This document shows positions 48,587-58,188 of a DNA stretch of 64,000 nucleotides, in pieces. The notes beneath the pieces were generated by a model. It was given only the letters and a program-made list of their open reading frames with translations, made no database searches and was not told where the DNA came from. Positions within the stretch are counted from its first letter, which is position 1. Every line of letters starts with the position of its first letter. The stretch is from a bacterium (GTDB lineage Bacteria > Electryoneota > Electryoneia > Electryoneales > Electryoneaceae): positions 96,001-160,000 of the forward strand of contig CAXXKJ010000002.1 of assembly GCA_963675295.2 (NCBI GenBank), in the 5' to 3' direction. The position numbers were made by a program, and so were the translations under genes.

Positions 48587-49753
48587 CTACGCCACGAAGA
48601 ACGGCCGCATCGGCAGCGCACGGTCGAGGGCTTCGTGCCCGTCTTCGGTGATCAGCACCATGTTTTCGGTACGGTAGGCGCCGACGCCCTTTTCGTACAT
48701 GCCCGGTTCGTTGGTCACGATCATTCCCGGTTCAAGAACAATCGCCTGGCCGAACGGGATGCCGTAATCGTCCAACCCATCCGGAAGCTCGCTGACCTTC
48801 GGGAGTTCATGCACATACGCCCCGCCGGTGCCGTGGCCGGCGCCGTGGAAACGGGTGTCGATCCCGGCGGCCTTGACGCCGATCTGGTACGCCGCGCCAC
48901 CTTCGCTCGCCGGCAGACCGGGCAGCAACTGCGCCGCGACCATGTCGAACCATTTTTCCTGCAACATCCGCATGCCCTGGAACACCGGCGGAATCTCTTC
49001 GTAGCCGATGATGATCATCCGGGTCATGTCGGTGCAGACACCCTTGTAGATGAAGCCCCAGTCGACCAGCATCACATGCTCGCCCTTGAGCGGCTTGCCG
49101 GGACGGTCCATCTCCGGGTGCGGCGTGTCGGCGTCGGCGTCCATCGCCACCAGTGGATCGAACGATGCGCCTTCCGAGCCACGGCGCGCGCCTTCGGCCA
49201 GGAGTTCGTCCCGGAAGTCGATATCGGTTGCGGTGTCTTTGTGCTTCGGCAGCCAGTCGTTGACCATGTAGTTGAAGGTGCCGATGGCGATGTCGACTGC
49301 TTCACGGATCAGCTTCATCTCGAGGTCGCCCTTGATCATGCGCAGCCGGTCGAGCAGGCCGGACGGGGCCGAAATTGACTCCAGCTCAAGCATCGCGGGC
49401 AGTGCGTGGTACATGTCGATCGCGATGCCGGTGGTGTCGCAGACGAGGTGCTTCGCGCCGTCGGTGATGTTCTTCAGTTCCGGGTACAGGTGGACGTGTT
49501 CCTGGCCCCAGATGTACGCCTCCATGCCGGGGATTTCCGGGACACGGTTGGTGTAGCGTCCGTCGGTGACGAAATACGCCTTGTCCGGGCGGATCAACAG
49601 GCACGCGTCCTTCTGGAAATCGGCGGGAATGCCGGTCAGCCAGCCAACGTTGGCGTTTCCGGTCACCAGCATCGGGTTGCCGTTCTGATCGTTCTTCAAC
49701 ATCTCCTGGACGCGGGAGATTCTCTCCTGCAGCAGTTCGGTCGGGGCGGGCAT
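48587..49753 (-). CDS. Xaa-Pro aminopeptidase (M24B)
   Basis: N-terminal creatinase-like TDGRY; PH, DWG...TDMTR, HGAGHG...VHELP, TNEPGMY and RTEN motifs. Confidence 0.9.
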   Translation of the reverse strand: MPAPTELLQERISRVQEMLKNDQNGNPMLVTGNANVGWLTGIPADFQKDACLLIRPDKAYFVTDGRYTNRVPEIPGMEAYIWGQEHVHLYPELKNITDGAKHLVCDTTGIAIDMYHALPAMLELESISAPSGLLDRLRMIKGDLEMKLIREAVDIAIGTFNYMVNDWLPKHKDTATDIDFRDELLAEGARRGSEGASFDPLVAMDADADTPHPEMDRPGKPLKGEHVMLVDWGFIYKGVCTDMTRMIIIGYEEIPPVFQGMRMLQEKWFDMVAAQLLPGLPASEGGAAYQIGVKAAGIDTRFHGAGHGTGGAYVHELPKVSELPDGLDDYGIPFGQAIVLEPGMIVTNEPGMYEKGVGAYRTENMVLITEDGHEALDRALPMRPFFVA

Positions 49754-49883
49754 GTTCGTGAGCCTCCGTGGTTGGTAGCGTTTCGATCGTGGAAGATGTG
49801 AACGGGGTTTCACGCTCGCAAGTGGAGGAGGGCGGAGCAATTCGAGAGATGGGCGGCGCAGACCTGAACTGATCGGGATGTGT

Positions 49884-52031
49884 CTAGCGCAGCAGCACGA
49901 TCTTCTGTGTCTGATCTGTTGTCGGGTGGCCCGGGTTGTCTTGCAACCCGGGTGTCACCGTCGCCCGTACGAAATACACCCCACTCGCCTGACTGGACGC
50001 GTCGAAGACAAACTGGCGCACACCCGCCGGATACACACTCGATGCGAGCGTCGCTACCTGCTGACCCTGAATGTTGAGGACGGATACGTTCAGCTGCGCG
50101 GGTTGCGGCAGCGAGATGGTGATGGTTGTCGCGGCATTGAACGGGTTCGGGTGGGCTGGCAACAGTGACCATTGGGCCGGGAGAGCGTCCGCCGTGGCGA
50201 AATCGCCCTCGTTCACCCCCACATTCTGATCGAAATAGAACGCGCCGATGTCGGCGATGGTGCTGTCCGGGTCGAGCGGGCTAGTTGGATCGCCGCCGTC
50301 AATGCAGGGGGAATCAGGTTGGAGGTGGTAGTCCCCGTTGCCGGGATCGACGTACTGCGGATCGAGGAAGATGTTGTTGTAGATGTCGCAGGAATCGCCG
50401 TTGGCGTTGGTGGTGACAAGAACACCGAGATCCGGATCAATCGAATCCCCAACGAAATCACCCGCGCTGTTTCCGTAACTAGTACAGTAATGCAACGTTG
50501 GATGGCTCATTTCGTCTTCAACGTAGATTCCTTCCCCCTGGTTTGAGCTGAGAATCGTGTTCGTAAATATGGGATCAGAGTTCTCGCAGAATACTCCCGC
50601 GCCGTACCAGTTTCCGGTATTGCCAGATAGTGTGCTTTGAGCGAACTCGGGACCTGAACCCTCACTTGTATATAAACCGCCCCCCAGAAATGCCGTGTTG
50701 GACGCTACCACGCTGTGGTCGATCGTGGGATGTGAAGAGTTCAGGCAACTAATCCCTCCTCCGACATCGTACGATGTGTTATTGGTGATTGTACACCTGA
50801 TTATGTTTGGACTGGAATCATCATCACAGCAGATTCCAGCGCCATTCAGGCTTGAGTTTTCCGAGATTGTGCAATCGATAAGGTCGGGGCTTGCTCCATT
50901 ACAATAGATTCCGCCACCTCTATTCTGATCTCCATACACAGAGTTGCCAATGATCAGGCAGTCTGTCATTGTCATCTGCGTATTGATGAAACGGATTCCA
51001 CCACCGTATCTACCCGTATTATCACTTATCGTACACGAAGAAACCGTCGATGAACCCCCTTCAAAGAAAAACCCGGTTCCTTGGTTATCGCTGACAGTGC
51101 AATTACTAAAATCAACATTCGACGTCGTGCATACAATCGGATCTCTATGATTATCAGACAGAGTACAATTCATTACAACAGCGTTTGAAATTTCTAACCG
51201 TATCGATACTCCATAATTGTAGTAAAAGGTACAATCAACAATCTGTAGATCACTTCCATAAAAATAGATACCCGCAGCGTAGCTGGAAGAATTGCTGGCA
51301 AACGTGCAATGTGACACTTCAAGATTCGACGAGTCCCACCCATAGATAGCAGCGCCAAGTTCCCCAACATTTCCTTCAAACACGCAATCTGTAATGTTTT
51401 GGATGGATTCATCCCTGCAATAGATCGCTCCACCAACCACGGCAAAATTTCCAGAGAAAACACAATTCTGAATCGTTGGATTTGACGTTTCCCAGATATA
51501 CACCCCGCCACCGGCTCCTTCACTTCTATTATCAGCAATCCGGCAATGGATGATATGCGGGCTGGAGTCGTCCAGGTAAAGTCCTGTGCCGTTAGCGAAT
51601 TCTCCACCCCGATTTTCAGATATTCTGCAATGGCTTATCGTCGGGCTTGATTCAATGCATTTGATTCCGGCGCCATTCTGATACCAATACTCATGACCAC
51701 CGTTTTGAATGGTAAATCCACGTATCAGCGTCGTGGTATCGACTAACCCTTCACTCAATAGTAGAATCACTCGCCCTGCTTCGTTTCCATCAATGATTGT
51801 ATTGCTGCTGTCACCGGCAGCGATGAGTTTGATGCCGTTGACCTGGGGCCAGACGATGTTTTCGACGTAGGTGCCGGGTTGGACGAGGACGGTATCGCCG
51901 TTCGCGGACACATCCAGGCCGGCCTGGATCGTGGTGAAATCCGCGGGAACGTGATGCGTCGTAGCCAAAGCGTATGCGGGCAACAGGATCAGACACATGA
52001 TCCATGCGGCAAGATGACAGGCGCGTTTCAT
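49884..52031 (-). CDS. Right-handed beta-helix protein with T9SS-type tail (paralog of 35575-37359)
   Basis: Signal peptide from ATG 52031 after GGAGGG; N- and C-terminal blocks near-identical in protein to 35575-37359. Confidence 0.88.
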   Translation of the reverse strand: MKRACHLAAWIMCLILLPAYALATTHHVPADFTTIQAGLDVSANGDTVLVQPGTYVENIVWPQVNGIKLIAAGDSSNTIIDGNEAGRVILLLSEGLVDTTTLIRGFTIQNGGHEYWYQNGAGIKCIESSPTISHCRISENRGGEFANGTGLYLDDSSPHIIHCRIADNRSEGAGGGVYIWETSNPTIQNCVFSGNFAVVGGAIYCRDESIQNITDCVFEGNVGELGAAIYGWDSSNLEVSHCTFASNSSSYAAGIYFYGSDLQIVDCTFYYNYGVSIRLEISNAVVMNCTLSDNHRDPIVCTTSNVDFSNCTVSDNQGTGFFFEGGSSTVSSCTISDNTGRYGGGIRFINTQMTMTDCLIIGNSVYGDQNRGGGIYCNGASPDLIDCTISENSSLNGAGICCDDDSSPNIIRCTITNNTSYDVGGGISCLNSSHPTIDHSVVASNTAFLGGGLYTSEGSGPEFAQSTLSGNTGNWYGAGVFCENSDPIFTNTILSSNQGEGIYVEDEMSHPTLHYCTSYGNSAGDFVGDSIDPDLGVLVTTNANGDSCDIYNNIFLDPQYVDPGNGDYHLQPDSPCIDGGDPTSPLDPDSTIADIGAFYFDQNVGVNEGDFATADALPAQWSLLPAHPNPFNAATTITISLPQPAQLNVSVLNIQGQQVATLASSVYPAGVRQFVFDASSQASGVYFVRATVTPGLQDNPGHPTTDQTQKIVLLR

Positions 52032-52137
52032 TGATCCCTCCAGGGGATGATTCAAATCATAATCCAGATTTAGTCTATAACCTAACGGGCGGCGCGTGTC
52101 CTGGCAAGAGGTCAATCCATCTTTACCGAATCCCCGT

Positions 52138-52197
52138 CTATTCCTGCCCCGCCAGCCAGCTGACCCAGCGGTACCACTCGAGCTCACACGTATCCAC
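52138..52197 (-). repeat. Ghost copy of the 3' end of the adenosine deaminase gene
   Basis: 54/60 nt identical to 52765-52824; encodes VDTCELEWYRWVSWLAGQE-stop. Confidence 0.93.
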
Positions 52198-52276
52198 TGG
52201 CATTGGCGAGCGAAAGATGCGATCTTGAACAACTGAACAAATGGTACCTGTAGCCGTTACGGATGGACGTCCAGCC

Positions 52277-52735
52277 ATGGCAGCCGAGCAACCCGAACAA
52301 CGTTCCGAGATGTTGATTTATCAGACCGAAGACGGCCAGACACGAATCGGTGTGCGGCTTGCGGACGAATCCGTGTGGTTGACGCAAGCGGCGATGGCCG
52401 AGCTGTTTCAGACGACCGTGGCCAACATCAACATCCACATTCGGAACATTTTCGAGGAAAAGGAGCTGGACGAAGAAGCAACGATTAAGGATTACTTAAT
52501 AGTTCAACGTGAGGGTTAGCGTGATGTCGCCAGGCAGGTGAAGCATTACAACCTGGACATGATTCTTGCGGTCGGCTACCGTGTCCGGTCTCATGTGGGC
52601 ACCCAGTTCCGCCGTTGGGCGACCGAACGGTTGCGCGAATACATCGTCAAGGGGTTCACGATGGACGATGAGCGGCTGAAGGAAGGCCGCAACCTGGGCG
52701 CGGATTATTTCGACGAACTGCTCGAGCGTATCCGA
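52277..52735 (+). pseudogene. rhuM: RhuM (virulence RhuM/DNA-binding) family pseudogene
   Basis: LIYQTEDG, VWLTQ, HYNLDMILAVGYRVRS and DYFDELLERIR motifs; in-frame TAG at 52517-52519; truncated after about 150 codons. Confidence 0.88.
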
Positions 52736-52764
52736 TTTGCAGCAAGACTACGCGAACACACACC

Positions 52765-54270
52765 CTACTCTTGCCCCGCCAGCCAGCTGACCCAGCGGTA
52801 CCAGTCGAGCTCCCACGCGTCCACCGCCGCCGCGCGATCCTGTTCGTTGTAGCCTGAATATTCGTACGAATCGAGGATCATCTGCTTGATGTCGGCGAGG
52901 CTCAGGTCCCACGCGCTGGTCGCCGCGACCCAGTCGTAGACCCAGCGGTAGCGCATCATGCCGGGATCGTCCGGGCTGAGCACAATCGGGATGCCACGCG
53001 CGAGGTATTCCACCGCTGGGTGGTTGCGCAGATCGACAACATACCCCAGCGCCTGGTTCGAGATCGGGCAGATTTCGATCGCGATGTCCTGCCGTAGTGC
53101 GCGGTCCATCAGTTCCGGGTGACGCCACATTCCGTAGCCGTGCCCGATCCGTTTCGCGTGCAGCAGGATGGCGTCGTAGAGGTTTGCGTTGTCGAGCCGG
53201 TTGGATTCGCCGGAGTGGATGCACGGCCGCAGCTCGACCCCGAGACTGTCGGCGTAGCGGTGCGCGGCGAGGATTGGCTCGATGAAATCGTAATTGGTCG
53301 CGGCCTTGTCTTCCTCGCTGACGAGATCATAGCCCACAATCAAGTCCGGATACTGCTGCTTCAAATCGACGACGGTGTGCAGGTAATCACGCACGGTGTC
53401 TTCATCATTCCAGCGGGTGATCGCGCCGACCAGCTTGATGTCGAAATTCGGGTGATCCACCCGGATCGAATCGCGCACCTCCATCCAGAACTCGATCACA
53501 CCCTGCGGCGTGCGAGTGGACCCGTCGGCGTTCCGTGCCGCGCCGATGTAAGTGTGAAACTCAACCAGCTGCACATGCTGTTCGGCCAATTCGCGGCAGG
53601 TGTTCATCATGTGCCGCCGCCAGATGGTTGGCTCGGACGCCAGGTTCCACATGCGCGAGAAGTTGTTCTCGAAATGGTCCCAGATATCGCCGTTGTCGTA
53701 ATCCTCGAGGCCGAGGGTGATCGACTCGAGCACGCTGCGGTCGAACGCGTCCACATCTTCCGCCGCCGCGCGCAGATCAACCGCACGCGCCCACTGCGGT
53801 CCGGGCGAGGTGTCGGTCCAGCGCAGCGACCCGTTCGGCAGCCACAGACTGTCCGGGCCCTGGTAGATGTAGACGTGCGGATCGTATGTCGCCTCCAGCA
53901 GCAGGTCAAACGACCCGGTCGCGGAGGGGTGAACGTGCAACATCGCACCCTTCGGCAGCAGCTCCATCACGTTCAGCAGCGGGCTGGCGTCGTACGCTTC
54001 CCGGACTTCGTGGAACCGGTGCGCAGGCGGGTATTGCCACGTTGGCAGGCTGAGCCACTCGGCTTTCATCCGTTGCAGCACACGGTCAGCCGCGCGCTCG
54101 GCTTCGTTCAGCTCGAGCTCGGCGGAACGTCGCCGGGAACGGTCGAGGTCGATCAGAGCCTCGCGGGCGGCGTCGTAGTCGGATCGCTCCAACGGGACCG
54201 GGGTCGATGCGTCAGCCGTTCCGGCCAGCAGGACCGCCAGAAGTGGCAGCAGCAAGCGTATCTTGCGCAT
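52765..54270 (-). CDS. Secreted adenosine deaminase, ADGF/ADA2 type
   Basis: Signal peptide; LPKGAMLHVH, GYDLVSEED, HSGES, NLYDAILL, RIGHG, EICPISNQ and SPDDPG motifs. Confidence 0.9.
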   Translation of the reverse strand: MRKIRLLLPLLAVLLAGTADASTPVPLERSDYDAAREALIDLDRSRRRSAELELNEAERAADRVLQRMKAEWLSLPTWQYPPAHRFHEVREAYDASPLLNVMELLPKGAMLHVHPSATGSFDLLLEATYDPHVYIYQGPDSLWLPNGSLRWTDTSPGPQWARAVDLRAAAEDVDAFDRSVLESITLGLEDYDNGDIWDHFENNFSRMWNLASEPTIWRRHMMNTCRELAEQHVQLVEFHTYIGAARNADGSTRTPQGVIEFWMEVRDSIRVDHPNFDIKLVGAITRWNDEDTVRDYLHTVVDLKQQYPDLIVGYDLVSEEDKAATNYDFIEPILAAHRYADSLGVELRPCIHSGESNRLDNANLYDAILLHAKRIGHGYGMWRHPELMDRALRQDIAIEICPISNQALGYVVDLRNHPAVEYLARGIPIVLSPDDPGMMRYRWVYDWVAATSAWDLSLADIKQMILDSYEYSGYNEQDRAAAVDAWELDWYRWVSWLAGQE

Positions 54271-54429
54271 GGTGTTCTCCAGAATCGAGGTGTCGTGAAA
54301 GAAAACCGGCTCCGAATCCCGGTCCAAGACGCCGAAGACGTGAATCAGATGGGCCGGAGCCCTGTTGCGTCCCGGGGGCAAACGTTATCTTGCCGCAACC
54401 TCGCCGCAGTTCAGGCGTGATCCTGAAGG

Positions 54430-56760
54430 ATGGAAACGGTTCAACACGGCAGCGCTCAGATAATCATGGACAAGATTTCCGCCTCACCACCGGCCCACTC
54501 GCCGTCCGCCGCCCCTTGGCTGCGGATCGTGGGGTATGCCGCGGCGGCGGTGGTGTTCGTGCTGTTGCGATGGACACACATCGAAGCGATGCTGATCAGC
54601 CCCGTCGCGCAAATCCCGATCATCGACTCGAAATACTACCTCGAATGGGGTATGCGGATCGCGTCCGGCCTGGGCCTCGGCGTCCATCCCTTTTTCATGA
54701 GCCCGCTGTACCCGTTGTTCATTTCGCTGGCGGGTTCCATCGGGGACGGCTTCACCGCCAGCACGCTGCACCTGCAACTGCTGCTGTCGCTGGGCACAAT
54801 GCTGCTGATCGGGCGGTTCACGTCGAAAAGGGTCAACCATCCCCTCGCCGGACCGTTCGCGGCACTGCTGTTCTCGTTGTATGCTCCGGCGGTTTACTTC
54901 GACGGCGCGTTGATTTCCGCCAGCCTGATCTTGTTCCTGACCATGGTCGCATTGACGTTGCTGGAACCGCCCACCTCCTTTAGCCACGGACTAAAGTCCG
55001 TGGTAAGTGGCCTATCAAAGCACGGGGGAAGCGACAACGGAGACCCGTCCGGTTCTGCCCCTGCTGCCAATACGACGGCTGCTTCTGCTGCCAATACGAC
55101 GGCTGCCTCTGCTGCCAACGCTATTATTACCACGGACTTTAGTCCGTGGCGTCTGGGTTGGTGGCGGATTGCGGGCGCAGGTGTGGCGATCGGGTTGAGT
55201 GCACTAGCCCGGCCGAACGCGCTGATACTGCTGCCGGCGTTCGGGTTGCTGTTTCTCTGGTGGGCGTGGCGCGGAAAACACACCGACGATCGTCAGCGGG
55301 CGGATCATCCGCGTCCGCAAGCGGACACGGGCACGTCATCACTGTCCGTTCTTTCGTACAGACGGGCCGTGCTGTGGTTCGTCATTCTGACTGCGGCGAC
55401 GGTCGCCGTCATCTTCCCGGCGATGCTGCGGAACGTGCGGCTCGGGGGCGAGTTCAGCCTGACGACCTCCTCCGCCGGGATGAACTTCTTCGTCGGCAAC
55501 CACGAACAGTCGATCGGGTTATACACCGAGGTGCCGTGGTTGCTGAGCGCGGAGCCGGCGGACGAAGCCGAGGGCTACCGTCAGGAGGCGATGCGCCGCA
55601 CCGGCCAGCCGTTGACCGACCTCGCGGCGTCACGGTACTGGTTCGGCGAGGCGTTGGAATGGATTGTGCACAACCCGCTCGACTGGCTCGCGCTGGAAGC
55701 GAAGAAGCTGGCGTGGTTTTTCCATAACGAAGAGCCGCCGAATAACGTCAGCTTCTATGGCGTCGCCGAGTATTCACCGGTGCTCCGTGCGCTCGGCTGG
55801 TTCCGCTTCGGGGTACTGTTCGCGTTCGCACTGCCGGCGCTGCTGTTCTTCGGTGGCTGGCGCATGCACCTGCCGCGGGTGCTGGTTCTGGCGTACCTCG
55901 TGGCCAACCTGCTGTTTTTCGTCGCCGGCGAATACCGCTACCCGATTGTCGGCGTGCTGATCCCGCTTGCAGTGATGACGATCTTCCGCATTGCGGGCTG
56001 GATCCGTGCTCGTGACCCGATCCCCGCGCTGCGTACCGGGATCCTCGTGCTGGTGCTGATCCTGGTGACACACATCCCATACACGACCATGCGCACCATC
56101 GCCTCGAGCGAAACCGATTACTTCAACTGGGGATCGGTGTCATACGCGAACGGTGACCTTACAAATGCGTCCCTGCTCTTCTCTGCCGCGTTGGCTGAAC
56201 GGCCGGGTTGGGAAGAGGCGCACCTGCAACTGGCGTTCGTGTTCCGCGACATGGGGCTGCACGACATGGCGGAGCAGGAGTTTTCTGCCGCCGGGGTGAC
56301 AGAGTCCGATCTCGAACAACTGGCGGCCCAGGACGAGATGGCCGAACAGTGGTTCGGGATCGCAACGCTTGACACCATGAGCGCGGACGCCCTCGCCGCC
56401 CTCGCCGCGCAGTTCAACATTCTCGACCGGCATAATGCGGCCTACAGCGCGGCGACCCGCGCGTTGGAGAAAGATTCGACCAACGCCCGCGCGGCTTTTG
56501 AACAGGCTTTCGCGCAAGAGAACAGGGGACGGGTGCATGCTGCGATTGAGATGTATGAACGGTTGGAGGTCAAACGGCGGAACGATCCGATGATTCCATA
56601 CCGGATCGCGTGGTGCTACTACGTTCTCGGCCAGGGCACAAAAGCACAGCAATCGCTGGCGCGTGCACGATCAAAAACGCAGCAGCTCCCGCCGGGCGAG
56701 TATCGCGACGCCTGGTTGAAAAAAGTGGATGAGGCCGTGTTGACGCTGGGGAATTACTAG
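54430..56760 (+). CDS. GT-C (PMT/ArnT-like) membrane glycosyltransferase with C-terminal TPRs
   Basis: DSKYY...PFFMSPLYP; multiple TMs; ARPN, GMNFFVGN and EYRYP; TPR-like C-terminus. Confidence 0.82.
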   Translation: METVQHGSAQIIMDKISASPPAHSPSAAPWLRIVGYAAAAVVFVLLRWTHIEAMLISPVAQIPIIDSKYYLEWGMRIASGLGLGVHPFFMSPLYPLFISLAGSIGDGFTASTLHLQLLLSLGTMLLIGRFTSKRVNHPLAGPFAALLFSLYAPAVYFDGALISASLILFLTMVALTLLEPPTSFSHGLKSVVSGLSKHGGSDNGDPSGSAPAANTTAASAANTTAASAANAIITTDFSPWRLGWWRIAGAGVAIGLSALARPNALILLPAFGLLFLWWAWRGKHTDDRQRADHPRPQADTGTSSLSVLSYRRAVLWFVILTAATVAVIFPAMLRNVRLGGEFSLTTSSAGMNFFVGNHEQSIGLYTEVPWLLSAEPADEAEGYRQEAMRRTGQPLTDLAASRYWFGEALEWIVHNPLDWLALEAKKLAWFFHNEEPPNNVSFYGVAEYSPVLRALGWFRFGVLFAFALPALLFFGGWRMHLPRVLVLAYLVANLLFFVAGEYRYPIVGVLIPLAVMTIFRIAGWIRARDPIPALRTGILVLVLILVTHIPYTTMRTIASSETDYFNWGSVSYANGDLTNASLLFSAALAERPGWEEAHLQLAFVFRDMGLHDMAEQEFSAAGVTESDLEQLAAQDEMAEQWFGIATLDTMSADALAALAAQFNILDRHNAAYSAATRALEKDSTNARAAFEQAFAQENRGRVHAAIEMYERLEVKRRNDPMIPYRIAWCYYVLGQGTKAQQSLARARSKTQQLPPGEYRDAWLKKVDEAVLTLGNY
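54983..55150. mobile_element. REP-doublet (REPIN-like) element inside the CDS
   Basis: Perfect 24-bp inverted repeats GCCACGGACTAAAGTCCGTGGTAA / TTACCACGGACTTTAGTCCGTGGC; 168 bp, a multiple of 3. Confidence 0.75.
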
Positions 56761-56769
56761 CGGGACCGC

Positions 56770-58188
56770 TTACTCACCGTCTTTGTCACTTTTCGACTCA
56801 GACGGGCGATCTGTTTTCTCCGATCCACCCAGTTCCTCGTGAAGATCAAGGATTTTCATCCCTGCCGCATAGTCGATTGCTTTCAACTCACGCAGCTGGT
56901 GCGTTTTATCGACCAGTTCACGGATGCGCTTGATGTGAGTGAAGATTTTGTTGACGTGCTGCCGTGCGTCCGGATTCTCCGTCGTCTGCATCGCCAGCAT
57001 TTCGGTGGCGACACGGATCACCGCCAGCGGAGTGTTGAATTCGTGAGACAGCGTCGCGCCGAGCCGGTTGATTGTTTCCAGTTCCTCAATTCGGCGCTGG
57101 CGTTGTTCTTCCTCGATTCGTGCGCGCAGGTCGTGCATCACCACCATCAGCCGCACCACGTTGCCAATGCTGATCGTGCTCAGGTTGATTTCGGCGGGGA
57201 ATTCGGTGCCATCCGGCAGTAGGTGCGTCCATTCGAAGCGGTGGAACCCGTTCTTGTAGGCCTTTTCAACCATCTCGTACGCTTTTTCCTCGGAACGACG
57301 ACCGTCCGGCTGGAATTCCGGCGAATACTCGCCGGGGTGATGACCGATCATCTCTTCCTTGGTCCGCGCATACATCTTCTCCGTCGCCGGGTTGCAGTCG
57401 ATGATCCCGTGTTCGTCGATGATCATGAACGGGTACGGAGTCTGCTCGAACATCAGCCGGAAGGTTTCTTCCGTCGCCGCGCGTTCGGTAATGTCGCTGA
57501 CGACACCGATTCGCCGGACAACCTTGCCGGTGTTATCCTTTTCCGGTTCGACTCGATGCAGAATCAGCCGCTGGGCGCCGTCCGGACGGCGAATCCGCAG
57601 CTTCAGCTCGTAGGATTTGCCCTCCTCAATCGACATGCGCTCGTGCTTAACGAACTCTTCCTGGTCGGCGGGATGCACCAGCCCGAGCCGTACATCCTTG
57701 TCCGGCACGATTTCCACCGGCTCGAAGCCGAAGATGCGGTACAATTGATCCGACCAGACGAAGTGATCCTGGCCCGGTTCATGTTCCCAGCTGCCAACAT
57801 TGGCGACGCGTTCCGCCTTGGACAGCATTTGCCGGTAGCGGTTCAGCTCGAGCGTGCGTTCGAGGACAACGTCTTTCAGTGGACGGCGGGGCATGTTGCG
57901 CATCTTGCGCTTGAGACGTACGAGCAGAAATGCGCTGGCGCCAACCAGCATCAGGAACAGCAGGAAGAAAGCGAGATCGCCGTACACCCCTTCCAGGTCA
58001 GCGGCGAGCTGGATGGAGGAATTGGTTTCGGGTGCGGGCAGGCGCAGCCGGGCTGTGAGTTTGCCGAGGATGCCCAGTTGGATTGGTAAGGTGGCCAGGG
58101 TCCAGAGCGCGGATCGTAATAAACGGTTCAGAGTGTTCCCGTCAGTGCATGTCTGCCTGTTGGTGGCCCCCGAAAATACTGTCCACAT
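56770..58188 (-). CDS. Membrane PAS-PAS sensor with HisKA/DHp helix but no HATPase domain
   Basis: TM segments; PAS_3 (GSWE...WSDQLYRIFG...VHPAD); second PAS; TLSHEFNTPL; start uncertain. Confidence 0.82.
   Translation of the reverse strand: MWTVFSGATNRQTCTDGNTLNRLLRSALWTLATLPIQLGILGKLTARLRLPAPETNSSIQLAADLEGVYGDLAFFLLFLMLVGASAFLLVRLKRKMRNMPRRPLKDVVLERTLELNRYRQMLSKAERVANVGSWEHEPGQDHFVWSDQLYRIFGFEPVEIVPDKDVRLGLVHPADQEEFVKHERMSIEEGKSYELKLRIRRPDGAQRLILHRVEPEKDNTGKVVRRIGVVSDITERAATEETFRLMFEQTPYPFMIIDEHGIIDCNPATEKMYARTKEEMIGHHPGEYSPEFQPDGRRSEEKAYEMVEKAYKNGFHRFEWTHLLPDGTEFPAEINLSTISIGNVVRLMVVMHDLRARIEEEQRQRRIEELETINRLGATLSHEFNTPLAVIRVATEMLAMQTTENPDARQHVNKIFTHIKRIRELVDKTHQLRELKAIDYAAGMKILDLHEELGGSEKTDRPSESKSDKDGE

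Noticed and set aside
52517-52519. In-frame TAG in rhuM as pyrrolysine or stop-codon recoding
   Set aside because: The gene is also truncated, and TAG is a normal stop in neighbouring genes.
44900-52824. Ghost tails as DGR template/variable repeat pairs
   Set aside because: Mismatches are not adenine-specific on either strand, and no reverse transcriptase is present in the window.
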